Below, in pieces: positions 1-8,591 of a stretch of 32,000 nucleotides of DNA (its first letter is position 1; every line of letters begins with the position of its first letter). The notes beneath the pieces were generated by a model that searched no databases, had not been told where the DNA came from, and saw nothing but the letters and a program-made list of their open reading frames with translations. The translations under genes and the position numbers were made by a program. The DNA is from an uncultured bacterium (lineage in GTDB: Bacteria > Margulisbacteria > WOR-1 > CAVSGV01). The DNA lies in the NCBI GenBank assembly GCA_963699255.1, contig OY969425.1, positions 870,001 to 902,000 of the forward strand, read 5' to 3'.

Positions 1-1
1 A

Positions 2-1108
2 AAGAAACGGGTTAATCCGCAGATACTTCGCAATACATTTGCGGTCCGGTTATTCTCAGAAGAACCCTCCGTGGAAAAAGCTTCTGCCATTCTGGGTATA
101 TCCGATCCGGAATCGGTAAATCGCTATATACAGGCCTCCAAGCGACCGCCGGCCAAGGTCGAGATAACTGAAAAGCTTGAGCATATCGATACCCGCCATC
201 CTCTTGTTAAAGCCGTTTCCAAGATGTTCCCTACTAAGCCGAAAATCGTTAAGCCAACGACCGCAATAAAAGGCGCTATTACCCCAAGCCCCGAAGAAGT
301 GATTTTCGGCAGAGAGAATATAATCAGCGATATAAAAGCTGATATCGGCAAAAGCCAGTCTGTTCTATTGACAGGTCCTTTGGGGATAGGCAAAACACAT
401 CTATTGAAGCACATGTCCAAAGCGTTGGGGCCTAATACATTATATATCTCTTCTCCCACTCCGCTAAAGATTGTCCTTACGCAAATTCTCAACAAGCTTG
501 ATCCTGCATGGCAGGAGCAATTAAATACAAGAGCTTCAACGAAAGAGATAGCCGATTACATCGTGAAAATAAAGGGCGCAAAGCCCCCTATCCTGATAAT
601 CGACAATTTGAACAACATAAAAATATCGGATATCGACCCTATCTTGACCTTACTGGATAACTTCCCCATACTTGCCGCGGCTGACGAGACAAAACCGAAG
701 CTCAAACAGGTCTGGTGGAAGTTCAAGGAGATCGAGCTTCCGCCGTTAAAAGAGGATTCCTCGAAGGAGCTTATCAAATACCTGACGCAGAACCTAACTA
801 TCAGCGATTATGAAATGCTTGAAACAAGGATATTGACCCTGTCAAACGGCCTTCCCCTTGCAATCGTTGACATGATCCATCAGATAAGCCATATCCCGAT
901 GGTTTCAAAAGATGTTATTCGTGATGTTTACCACGAAGCCGGAATACATTATCGCGACTGGACAACCGTTATAATTTTCATTTACTGGATAGCTGTCATT
1001 TTCAGGTTCGTCGCGCTTGGCACAAAAAGTTATGAGGCCTATTTTCTCGCCGGTTTCGGCGTGACTCTTTTGATGATCTTAAGAAATGTTATGTCGATGT
1101 TGAAATAA
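2..1108 (+). CDS. 5'-partial ORF: tyrosine-recombinase-like C-terminal segment fused to a P-loop AAA ATPase with two C-terminal TM helices
   Basis: The frame is open from position 2, so the GTG at 71 is probably not the true start. The first residues (..NPQILRNTFAVRLF..ILGISDPESVNRYI) resemble the HxLRHTFA...Y box of tyrosine recombinases, but with Q/N in place of the His residues. Walker A is GPLGIGKTH and Walker B-like is PILIIDNL. The hydrophobic tail is WTTVIIFIYWIAVIFRFVALG / AYFLAGFGVTLLMIL. Confidence 0.6.
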   Translation, partial: KKRVNPQILRNTFAVRLFSEEPSVEKASAILGISDPESVNRYIQASKRPPAKVEITEKLEHIDTRHPLVKAVSKMFPTKPKIVKPTTAIKGAITPSPEEVIFGRENIISDIKADIGKSQSVLLTGPLGIGKTHLLKHMSKALGPNTLYISSPTPLKIVLTQILNKLDPAWQEQLNTRASTKEIADYIVKIKGAKPPILIIDNLNNIKISDIDPILTLLDNFPILAAADETKPKLKQVWWKFKEIELPPLKEDSSKELIKYLTQNLTISDYEMLETRILTLSNGLPLAIVDMIHQISHIPMVSKDVIRDVYHEAGIHYRDWTTVIIFIYWIAVIFRFVALGTKSYEAYFLAGFGVTLLMILRNVMSMLK

Positions 1109-1112
1109 GAAT

Positions 1113-1397
1113 ATGCCTATCAGCACAAACCTAAATAAGATTGATAAATATTATAAAACTTGGGCTAAATGCTCTACCGTTCTCTCGGAGCATTGGTGTG
1201 ATGAAAACAGATTTTATGCTTTTATAAAATCAATAATCAGATATACCAGGAGTAAATCAAAATATAGTAGCAATTGGCTTGCTGACAAGCTTAGAAAAGA
1301 CAATTTTAAAGAGGATTTCATCGAAAAACATGTCCGTAAATATGAGGTTATTAGACATTATTTAGATGCTCCTTTTTATCGGGAGGAATACAAATAA
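1113..1397 (+). CDS. hypothetical protein (94 aa)
   Basis: The ORF is tightly packed between neighbours: 4 nt after the upstream stop, and its stop is immediately followed by the next ATG. No recognisable motif. Confidence 0.45.
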   Translation: MPISTNLNKIDKYYKTWAKCSTVLSEHWCDENRFYAFIKSIIRYTRSKSKYSSNWLADKLRKDNFKEDFIEKHVRKYEVIRHYLDAPFYREEYK

Positions 1398-2753
1398 ATG
1401 CTCGCCCCAACTCATAGCGTATTTGGTATCTTTTTAACGCTGATATTCCTGGCAGTGTTCGGGATTCAGTGGGGTCTTCATTGGACGATAATTCTTGTCG
1501 CTATTTTTGGCGCGATCGTTCCCGACATCGACCACCCCCGCTCCGTCATAGGAAAGCTATTCCCTTTTATCTCCATTCCCCTTGAGCGCAAATACGGCCA
1601 TCGAACGATAACCCATTCATTCATCGGCTGGGCTATCTTCACCGCCATTTTCGCTTTAATTGTTCTATTTGCAGCTTTGATCTTTGGATTCATTTTTAAG
1701 TTTGATGCTTGGATTTGGGAATTAGCGCCAAGATGGACAGCTGCATTCTCGATCAGCTACATGTCTCATTTAATATTGGATATGTTCAACCGGCGCGGCA
1801 GCCAGATGTTCTGGCCGGACACCAGCAGAGACGTTATCCCGAAAAATCCGAAGTTCAGGCCTGAATCGGGATCAAGCGGTGAATTACTGATCTTCTTTAT
1901 TCTCTTCGTACTGATGCTCTTTGCTTTTCCGATCTCCAAATACGGGATAGCAAGTTCGCTTCGCTGGCTTATGGCTACCCCCGGATCAGCCATCAAGGAG
2001 TTTCAGTCCCTCAAGACCCATTCCTATGTTGATTTTAAGGGTTACTTCACAGAAACTAACGAGCCGGTCGAAGGTCTAGGCGAAATTCTCGATGTCCAAA
2101 GCTCTCGACTGGTAATATTATATAAACCTGGCCTGAGCGAAGCCATAATGGCAAGAGGAATCGAAGGAGGTAAAATTTACACTTTAAGCGATGAACTGGC
2201 CGCCGATATATCCGCTTCACATGTCCGGCTGAAAAGAACAAATACCCCTATAAAAGTCACAAAGAAGGAATTTGAAAATGAGAGCCGTGATGCCCTGCTT
2301 GCTCAAATACCCGCCGGCGCGCTTGTTTCGGGAACAGTTAAGCTCCCGGAAAGCATGGATATTCAATTCCCCGCCTTCCCCGGCTCATTTAAACCTTTGA
2401 CACAGAAAAGCGGTAATCTTATTCTCGCTTATGCTTCAAAAGACCAGATCGCGAAGCTTGCCCTGACAGAAAGCTTCAACCTGCAAAAAAGGAAGGACCA
2501 AGCCGCCCTCGCTCAGCTATATGCTCAAGCGGATAAACTCAAAAACCAGATTACGGAAACAGAATCCGGCGGCGGACTAACTCCTTTAGGCAAAGAGCTT
2601 ATGATGAACAAGGAAGAGATCAAAAAGCAAAAAGCCCAGCTCGCCGAATTGAACGGCCAGCTTGATGAAACAAATGTCAAAATCGATGAACTTCAACTCA
2701 AGATAAAGGCTCGGAAGTTTGTTTTTTCTGGAGAAGTATATCTTAGGCAATAG
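1398..2753 (+). CDS. membrane-bound metal-dependent hydrolase-like (YdjM/DUF457-like N-domain) with long C-terminal extension ending in a coiled coil
   Basis: The N-terminus has multiple TM helices with His/Asp motifs typical of DUF457 (APTHSVFG, PDIDHPRS, GHRTITHS, SHLILD). The C-terminus is heptad-like and K/E/Q-rich (QLAELNGQLDETNVKIDELQLKIK). Confidence 0.55.
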   Translation: MLAPTHSVFGIFLTLIFLAVFGIQWGLHWTIILVAIFGAIVPDIDHPRSVIGKLFPFISIPLERKYGHRTITHSFIGWAIFTAIFALIVLFAALIFGFIFKFDAWIWELAPRWTAAFSISYMSHLILDMFNRRGSQMFWPDTSRDVIPKNPKFRPESGSSGELLIFFILFVLMLFAFPISKYGIASSLRWLMATPGSAIKEFQSLKTHSYVDFKGYFTETNEPVEGLGEILDVQSSRLVILYKPGLSEAIMARGIEGGKIYTLSDELAADISASHVRLKRTNTPIKVTKKEFENESRDALLAQIPAGALVSGTVKLPESMDIQFPAFPGSFKPLTQKSGNLILAYASKDQIAKLALTESFNLQKRKDQAALAQLYAQADKLKNQITETESGGGLTPLGKELMMNKEEIKKQKAQLAELNGQLDETNVKIDELQLKIKARKFVFSGEVYLRQ

Positions 2754-2765
2754 AAAGTTCGCCTG

Positions 2766-2797
2766 CCCGCCGAAGCTTTAGCGAAGGCGGGTTTTTT
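2766..2797 (+). terminator. rho-independent terminator candidate
   Basis: GC stem cccgcc (2766-2771) pairs with ggcggg (2786-2791), followed by tttttt (2792-2797), 13 nt after the stop at 2753. Confidence 0.6.
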
Positions 2798-2834
2798 CAG
2801 GTGAGGTATATTTAAGGCAATAAGGAGGCTTGAT

Positions 2835-3365
2835 ATGAAGAAATTTGTTGTCTATCTTATTATTGCGAGTTTATTGTCTCCGATGATCACTTCACTTGCT
2901 TGCGCCTTTGAGTACACTCTCGCCACAAACGACCTCCTCGAAGTCAAAATCCTTAATCAGAAGGATATGGATACAAAACAAACTATCACGCCGGATGGCA
3001 CTATTGCGCTCCCCTTTCTTGGAAGGGTCCAAGCTCAAGGGAAAACGCTTACTGAATTTCAGGCCTATTTAACGACTGAATTTGCCAAATATGTGGATAA
3101 ACCTCAGCTTGTTGTCTATCTCACGCCACGATCAATATATGTTGTTCAGCATGACATTAAAAAAAACACCTGGGATGTCAAGGAGGCTAAATCCATTCCG
3201 GAAGCTAAAGCATTCGCTGGCGAGGATTACACAAAAGAGATCAAATATGGTGATGTTATTACCGTTGATGTCGGTCTTCAACCTGACTGGTGGGAAAATA
3301 ACTGGTATAAAGTACTTACCGGAACAGCTGTTGCAGTCGGGATATACGAAACGCTGAAAAAGTAA
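2835..3365 (+). CDS. small secreted/membrane protein with polysaccharide-export (Poly_export/Wza N-terminal)-like domain
   Basis: A strong SD (aaggagg) precedes the ATG. There is an N-terminal signal-like segment. The stretch Y.L..NDLLEVKI...ITPDGTIALPFLGRVQAQGKTLTEFQ...YV..PQLVVYL matches the Poly_export pattern. A C-terminal hydrophobic helix is present. Confidence 0.55.
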   Translation: MKKFVVYLIIASLLSPMITSLACAFEYTLATNDLLEVKILNQKDMDTKQTITPDGTIALPFLGRVQAQGKTLTEFQAYLTTEFAKYVDKPQLVVYLTPRSIYVVQHDIKKNTWDVKEAKSIPEAKAFAGEDYTKEIKYGDVITVDVGLQPDWWENNWYKVLTGTAVAVGIYETLKK

Positions 3366-3371
3366 GAAGTA

Positions 3372-4052
3372 TTATGGTGCTATAGGTAGCATTAAAAAAG
3401 AAAAGATTTCTTTCTTACATCCTTTAAATAATATATCCAAATCACTATCAACCTCATGAATTTCCGCAGATAACTGCATCCTATCTTTTAACGGATCTCG
3501 CGGAACAAGATCTATTGGTTCATGATGACTTAAATAGATTTTTCTTAATAAATCTGCTTTTTCCTCCATCATTCCTCTAATGAGTATAATTTTTTTACTA
3601 ATACTAGCATTAAACAAGATAGTCCCCTCATCCTCTAAATTAACCAAATTATTATGTAATTTACCATACTTTGTATCTTTCGACTCAATCGATCTATTGG
3701 GGATCACATCTTCAGGAGATAAACCATACAAGATGATTGCGACAACTTCATTTTTTAGAAGAGAATAATAACCCCATCTAATCTGCCGAAATGCCAAATT
3801 CATTTCGTTTGCATGTTTTTGTTTTTCAAACTCTTGATCCTCTTTTTTATGCCACAAAGTTCCGATAGTAAATAAAATTGCAGCCAAAGGGAGCCCGACC
3901 GATTGTAGCGTTTTAATGCCCTTTATGTAGGCGATATAAATCAAAACCAGTGTAATCATAAAACAGCCCTGATAAAACTGTTTCATGTGATCTTCAACAA
4001 ACACAGCCAATGCTTTTAAGATATTCGCGCCTATTAACCAGATTTTAGACAC
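3372..4052 (-). CDS. hypothetical membrane protein (226 aa), last gene of the type IIG operon
   Basis: GTG start preceded by ggtggaggg-N8. There are 2-3 N-terminal TM helices (ITLVLIYIAYI, LPLAAILFTIGTLW) followed by a soluble domain with no recognisable motif. Confidence 0.5.
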   Translation of the reverse strand: MSKIWLIGANILKALAVFVEDHMKQFYQGCFMITLVLIYIAYIKGIKTLQSVGLPLAAILFTIGTLWHKKEDQEFEKQKHANEMNLAFRQIRWGYYSLLKNEVVAIILYGLSPEDVIPNRSIESKDTKYGKLHNNLVNLEDEGTILFNASISKKIILIRGMMEEKADLLRKIYLSHHEPIDLVPRDPLKDRMQLSAEIHEVDSDLDILFKGCKKEIFSFLMLPIAP

Positions 4053-4060
4053 CTTTGCTT

Positions 4061-4083
4061 CCCTCCACCACCTTAATCTCCTC
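4061..4083 (-). repeat. junction motif copy J3 (ccctccaccaccttaatctcctc)
   Basis: 21/23 identical to J2 and 20/23 identical to J1. It lies at the 3' end of the 256/269-aa ORF and provides the SD for the next gene. Confidence 0.9.
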
Positions 4084-4840
4084 CTGTTTGCTGGCAGATG
4101 GGCCCATCAGCACTACAAGCTATTCTCATAAGGTCATGCAACTCCTTAGATAATTGTTCCAGCTTATTGTCGTAATGCATTTCTTGAAATTTGACTGGCG
4201 AAATCAATTGCATTATCTTTAAACATAATATGCCACCCTGAGCTACACTTCCTAGATTCAAGACAATACTTTCGGGATCCCCTTTTAATAGTACTAAGCT
4301 ATTAATAGTTACTTTTGAAGCCATTGCCCTAACATTAGGATGTGCTCCATGATCAATATAAAATTCATATACTCTATTTGTCTCGTCCCCAACCACTTGA
4401 TTTGTTTGGGTTAAAAGACCAATAATTTCTTTTATTCTAATATTATTTCTTAGCTCCCTCTTGTTATCCTCGCTACTATGGCGTTCCAACCAGACGCTTA
4501 TTAATTCAGGTTTTTTATATAGATAAAAACCATATAGAGCCGCTTCAATCATCCCACGCAATATCATATATGTTTCAGACACTAGGCCAGAAGATGCTAA
4601 TTGTACGGCAATTAAATATGAAGGATGGGCGATATCAAAAAAGAAAATGGGCGCATCATTTTCGGCTTTTGGCAGTTGATGTATGCTATTGAAAATATTA
4701 TCTATTTCGATAATTAAGTCAAAAAATTTTCTATTATATTTAAATGTCGCGAAACAATTTAACCTCATCGTTTCAAAGTATTTTGTAACGGAGTCTTCGC
4801 CCCAGCCAGGCGGGATTGTATTTGGATTTTGTTCTATCAC
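4073..4840 (-). CDS. hypothetical protein (256 aa from GTG 4840; alternative ATG at 4882), mostly alpha-helical, possibly AbiV/DUF5677-like
   Basis: The GTG at 4840 overlaps the upstream stop as GTGA. The segment AVQLASSGLVSETYMILRGMIEAALYGFYLYKKPE recalls helical Abi/HEPN-like families, but no clean Rx4-6H motif was seen. Confidence 0.5.
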   Translation of the reverse strand: MIEQNPNTIPPGWGEDSVTKYFETMRLNCFATFKYNRKFFDLIIEIDNIFNSIHQLPKAENDAPIFFFDIAHPSYLIAVQLASSGLVSETYMILRGMIEAALYGFYLYKKPELISVWLERHSSEDNKRELRNNIRIKEIIGLLTQTNQVVGDETNRVYEFYIDHGAHPNVRAMASKVTINSLVLLKGDPESIVLNLGSVAQGGILCLKIMQLISPVKFQEMHYDNKLEQLSKELHDLMRIACSADGPICQQTGGD

Positions 4841-5601
4841 CCCTCCACCACCTTGACCTCCTCTTCTGTCAATCTGCAACAAATTTCCTTGGAAGATTTA
4901 TCATACAGTAAGAAATATTTATTTATATCTAGCTTTAGAAATATTTTGTCTGGAACCATGTCAGTCGTCTTATTATGATTAACTATTTCATTTTTTAGAT
5001 ATTCGGGCAGATCCCCATTGGAAATGCTACTAACAAATAGTAATATCTTGCAATATTGAGAATACTTTCCTAGTTGATTCCCTGCCTTTTCAATTGACCG
5101 GAAAACGCCGAGTGAGGGATTTTCGCAAGCAGTAGAAGAATCGCCAAAGATGATTGACTGTCCCGTATCTTGATGTTTGTCAATATAAACCTTCCCAACA
5201 TTGGGAAGGTTGAAGGATTTTTCATTTTTATTAATGGCATTCAAGACTTGTTCAATAAATATAGTGGCATCATTTTCAGAGTTTATTCTGAGGTTATTGG
5301 GAAGAGGTATGGTATAAATCCCCCTAGAAAACGACATTTCATTGGATGCAAGTGCTTTGCGCAATCGCACTTTAATCCTTTCATTGCGGATAATATCTGC
5401 TGTAATTTGCTGATGAATAAAAGTCTTTATCTCAACAACACTATTTATTTCCCTCAAGAGATAATCCGGCTCCCTAGATATACTCGCTGTGTCTAAAGGG
5501 ATAGCTTGAATGATCATGTTACTTTGTTTAAAGCAAGAATCATAAAACGCCTTTAATTCATCATCTTCTTTTTTATGCTCTTGGCTAAAAATCAAAGTCA
5601 C
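4837..5601 (-). CDS. hypothetical protein (254 aa) with PD-ExK-like motif
   Basis: The GTG start overlaps the RM stop as GTGA (5598-5601). EPDYLLREINSVVEIKT fits a (P)D...ExK nuclease core. The C-terminus, LTEEEVKVVEG, copies the RM enzyme tail. Confidence 0.5.
   Translation of the reverse strand: MTLIFSQEHKKEDDELKAFYDSCFKQSNMIIQAIPLDTASISREPDYLLREINSVVEIKTFIHQQITADIIRNERIKVRLRKALASNEMSFSRGIYTIPLPNNLRINSENDATIFIEQVLNAINKNEKSFNLPNVGKVYIDKHQDTGQSIIFGDSSTACENPSLGVFRSIEKAGNQLGKYSQYCKILLFVSSISNGDLPEYLKNEIVNHNKTTDMVPDKIFLKLDINKYFLLYDKSSKEICCRLTEEEVKVVEG
4841..4863 (-). repeat. junction motif copy J2 (ccctccaccaccttgacctcctc)
   Basis: See J1 and J3. It encodes EEVKVVEG at the end of the 254-aa ORF and gives an SD-like GGTGGAGG for the next gene. 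Confidence 0.9.
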
Positions 5602-8483
5602 TTCTCCCCCTCCACCACCGCGATCTCCTCTTTCGTCAGGTCATAAAGCTCATAAACAAGGTCATCTATCTGCTTATCGAGTATTTCTATCTTCTGCTGA
5701 TAGTGCTTCTTATCGCTTTCAGTCTTGGCAGAATGTGCCTTTTTCTTTGTTTCGAGCATTTGGTCGACAAGAGAAGTAATAGATTTCATGGCATTTGTAT
5801 CGGCAATATTTATTGGGAGTTGAGCAATATGCCCTCTTTTGACCTGTGCAAGCGCCTCTCCCTTTTCAGGATTCAATATGTTTTGATAATACCAGTTCAT
5901 CAATTTAGAATTAATTAACCCTAAAACATATTTCAAATCAATATTTGATCTTTTTGGCACTACCGTATACAAATTATCGCGAACGATAAATTGTGATTCG
6001 TCTAATGTCGCCACTAAAGAATCTCCGGTTTGTCGAATCACTATTTTAGCTTTTGCGTCATAATCTGCGGAATAACGCGGTTCAGCAAGCCAATCTCCAA
6101 ACTTTATATAATAATTATTATTCCAAATTATTAAATATCTGTTCATTAAACTTCCTCGAAGAAGTGGACGGAAACTTGAATTCTTGTGTTCATCTGAAAC
6201 AAACGGCTTATCTTCGAGGATTTGCTTTGTTTGGGGAGGAACTCCTTTGCCAACCTGAAAAGGTTTGCTCCCCTGCGTAATTTTACATATTTCGTCAAGA
6301 ACCGGGAACCTATTTATTTTCTTTAAAAGCCCGTTATCTTCTTTTCTTTGCATAATATTAATTGGTTTGCCATTCAATTTAATCCAGTCTAGCTGTAAAG
6401 CATTGTTCTTTGTGATTTGCCCATTTTTATTATTAATTTCAATACCAATGTTATGTGTTTTACTTGGAAATAAATTACTTATTATCAAAATTTGAGTGTC
6501 CACAACCGCATCTTTGAAAACCGGTATACGATAATCAACAATTCTCTCTATCTGGGTTTTATTTATTAAATATTGGCGAATGTTTGAATATTGTAAGCTT
6601 ATTAACCAGGTATTTGGGATAATAAAACTAAGTAGCCCATTTTTACTTAATAATTTATGCCCTTTCTCAAGGAAAAGCAAATAGCTGTCCATTTGATAAT
6701 TTTGCATTTCATAAGTCTTTGTTATGTAACTTACCTCATCTTTTCCGAATAATGCCCCATAAGGTGGATTCCCAATCACCACATCAAAACCACCGTTTGC
6801 CATGATCTCGCCAAATCCTTTATCCTTGTCATGCCAATCATAATCATTGATCTTATTTTTTAACTCTCTATCATCAAATAATTGCAAATTTTCTTTATAG
6901 AAATCTGGCCCTATCAGCGAATTGCCGCATTTGATATTATTTTTTAGTTCGGGCAAATATTTAAAGTTGCTTTCTTTAAATAATTTTGCCTGTCCTTCCT
7001 GCTCAATTTCCATATTTTCTTCCTTCATGAGCGTAAGCAATAATGATAGCCTTGTTACCTCGACAGCTTGTTTGTCAATGTCCACCCCATAAATATTATT
7101 CTTAAGTATTCTTTGTTTTTCAGGGATTGACAGATAGTAGTCATTATTGATGGTGTGATATATTTTGCCTTGTTTTAAGGACTTCTCTCGTCTACTTTCG
7201 TCCCAATAATAATCAAAATGATAATCTAACAGATGCTGATAGGCCCCGATCAAAAAACTTCCACTACCACAAGCCGGATCAAGTATTTTAATATTTGAGA
7301 TTTCATCCGGTGTTTTTTTGTTGATTTTTTTGTTAACCGTATTACTTACAATGTATTCAACAATATATTGTGGAGTGTAATACACCCCGCCTGCTTTTCT
7401 CACTTCTGGCTTCGGTTCAATTTTTACATGATTATTTTCAGTTAATTTGATTACTTTCCCGAGAAATTGTTCATAAATACTTCCGAGAATTTCGATTGGC
7501 ATCACGGAAAATGCATATGATTCATAAAGCTCATTGATGATGTGGAATAGTATATCGTCATCCACTTTAATTGAACTCAGCCATTCCTCAGATTCAAACA
7601 ACTCACTATTATATTTTTCTTTTGCTTTTTCAAACAGATCATTTAAAAGCTTATAAATATTTGCATGGGTCGTGATTTTTAAAAGTGTTTCATAGTCCTC
7701 AATGTCTTTATCTTCAGCTATTCTTAAAAAGATTAGCCTATCAATAAGTTTCTGAACCGCATAATTAAGCTTATCTGCTTCATCCATTTTTGGGTTGTTA
7801 TTAGCAATGCTTTTTGCAAACATTAATCGCCACTCATCAATTATTTCAAGAAATTCCTTGTCTAGGGGCTGATTCCCTTTTTGTGTCTTTATATTGTCCA
7901 GGCTTTTATTAACAACGGCATCTTTCGAGAATGTCTGATATATGTATTCGAAATTGGTTATATTTATATCATGCTCATAAGGGTCCAAGAGTTGTTCGTA
8001 GGTACAATAAAACACCCTTGCGGTCCGAACGCTATCGGATTTGGCGCGTACTTTTACTGTAGTGTCATATATAGCAAATTCAGCTGCGTTCGTTAATATA
8101 CAAAGTGGAAGATCGTGTGATCTCCCATACCTTCTAAGCTGGATAGCGGGGCCAACTTCTTCTTTAATTTTAACGGAAATTCTTTTTGCTTCAACATAAA
8201 ACTTATCGTGTTTGTTAATAATAAAGATATAGTCTGGATATTTCTGTCTCCCCTGAACCTTTCTTTTATTTTCTCTTCTTACTTCTCTCATTGACGGCGG
8301 GAGATGTTCGTCACTTTTCATGTCCCAACCTAATATCTCCATACCAAAAAACTTATCGATCAAATCGCTTCTAACATCTTCCTCTTGTTCTTTCTTATAC
8401 TCTTTATAGTAGCTAGATAAAGGGGTTATTATATCTTCCCTTAGCTTTTTAATTACTTTGTTATTACCGTTTTTTTGTTCCAC
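5598..8483 (-). CDS. type IIG (MmeI/Eco57I-like) fused restriction endonuclease / N6-adenine DNA methyltransferase
   Basis: The N-terminus has a PD-ExK motif (YPDYIFIINKHDKFYVEAKR). The SAM motif I is LDPACGSGSFL and catalytic motif IV is VVIGNPPYG. There is a long C-terminal target-recognition region. The tail, LTKEEIAVVEGEK, is typical of this methyltransferase family. Confidence 0.85.
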   Translation of the reverse strand: MEQKNGNNKVIKKLREDIITPLSSYYKEYKKEQEEDVRSDLIDKFFGMEILGWDMKSDEHLPPSMREVRRENKRKVQGRQKYPDYIFIINKHDKFYVEAKRISVKIKEEVGPAIQLRRYGRSHDLPLCILTNAAEFAIYDTTVKVRAKSDSVRTARVFYCTYEQLLDPYEHDINITNFEYIYQTFSKDAVVNKSLDNIKTQKGNQPLDKEFLEIIDEWRLMFAKSIANNNPKMDEADKLNYAVQKLIDRLIFLRIAEDKDIEDYETLLKITTHANIYKLLNDLFEKAKEKYNSELFESEEWLSSIKVDDDILFHIINELYESYAFSVMPIEILGSIYEQFLGKVIKLTENNHVKIEPKPEVRKAGGVYYTPQYIVEYIVSNTVNKKINKKTPDEISNIKILDPACGSGSFLIGAYQHLLDYHFDYYWDESRREKSLKQGKIYHTINNDYYLSIPEKQRILKNNIYGVDIDKQAVEVTRLSLLLTLMKEENMEIEQEGQAKLFKESNFKYLPELKNNIKCGNSLIGPDFYKENLQLFDDRELKNKINDYDWHDKDKGFGEIMANGGFDVVIGNPPYGALFGKDEVSYITKTYEMQNYQMDSYLLFLEKGHKLLSKNGLLSFIIPNTWLISLQYSNIRQYLINKTQIERIVDYRIPVFKDAVVDTQILIISNLFPSKTHNIGIEINNKNGQITKNNALQLDWIKLNGKPINIMQRKEDNGLLKKINRFPVLDEICKITQGSKPFQVGKGVPPQTKQILEDKPFVSDEHKNSSFRPLLRGSLMNRYLIIWNNNYYIKFGDWLAEPRYSADYDAKAKIVIRQTGDSLVATLDESQFIVRDNLYTVVPKRSNIDLKYVLGLINSKLMNWYYQNILNPEKGEALAQVKRGHIAQLPINIADTNAMKSITSLVDQMLETKKKAHSAKTESDKKHYQQKIEILDKQIDDLVYELYDLTKEEIAVVEGEK
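5608..5630 (-). repeat. junction motif copy J1 (ccctccaccaccgcgatctcctc)
   Basis: This is the native 3' end of the RM gene. It is 20/23 identical to both J2 and J3. Confidence 0.9.
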
Positions 8484-8591
8484 GATTAACCTCTAGCCTT
8501 TAACATCTCTCGCCAGCACTCATAAATCATGACCTTTGCCAGCATATCCAGCTCGCAATATTCTAAAAATATACGCCCAGAGAAGAACACT

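Noticed and set aside
71-1108. GTG at 71 as the start of the first ORF
   Set aside because: The same frame is open back to position 2 and encodes an integrase-like motif, so the gene most likely starts upstream of the window.
2761-2772. Shared 12-mer gcctgcccgccg between the terminator at 2761 and the inverted repeats (18792-18803 / 17196-17207) as evidence of a common REP family
   Set aside because: A single 12-nt match is expected by chance many times among all position pairs in 32 kb, so it is not significant on its own.
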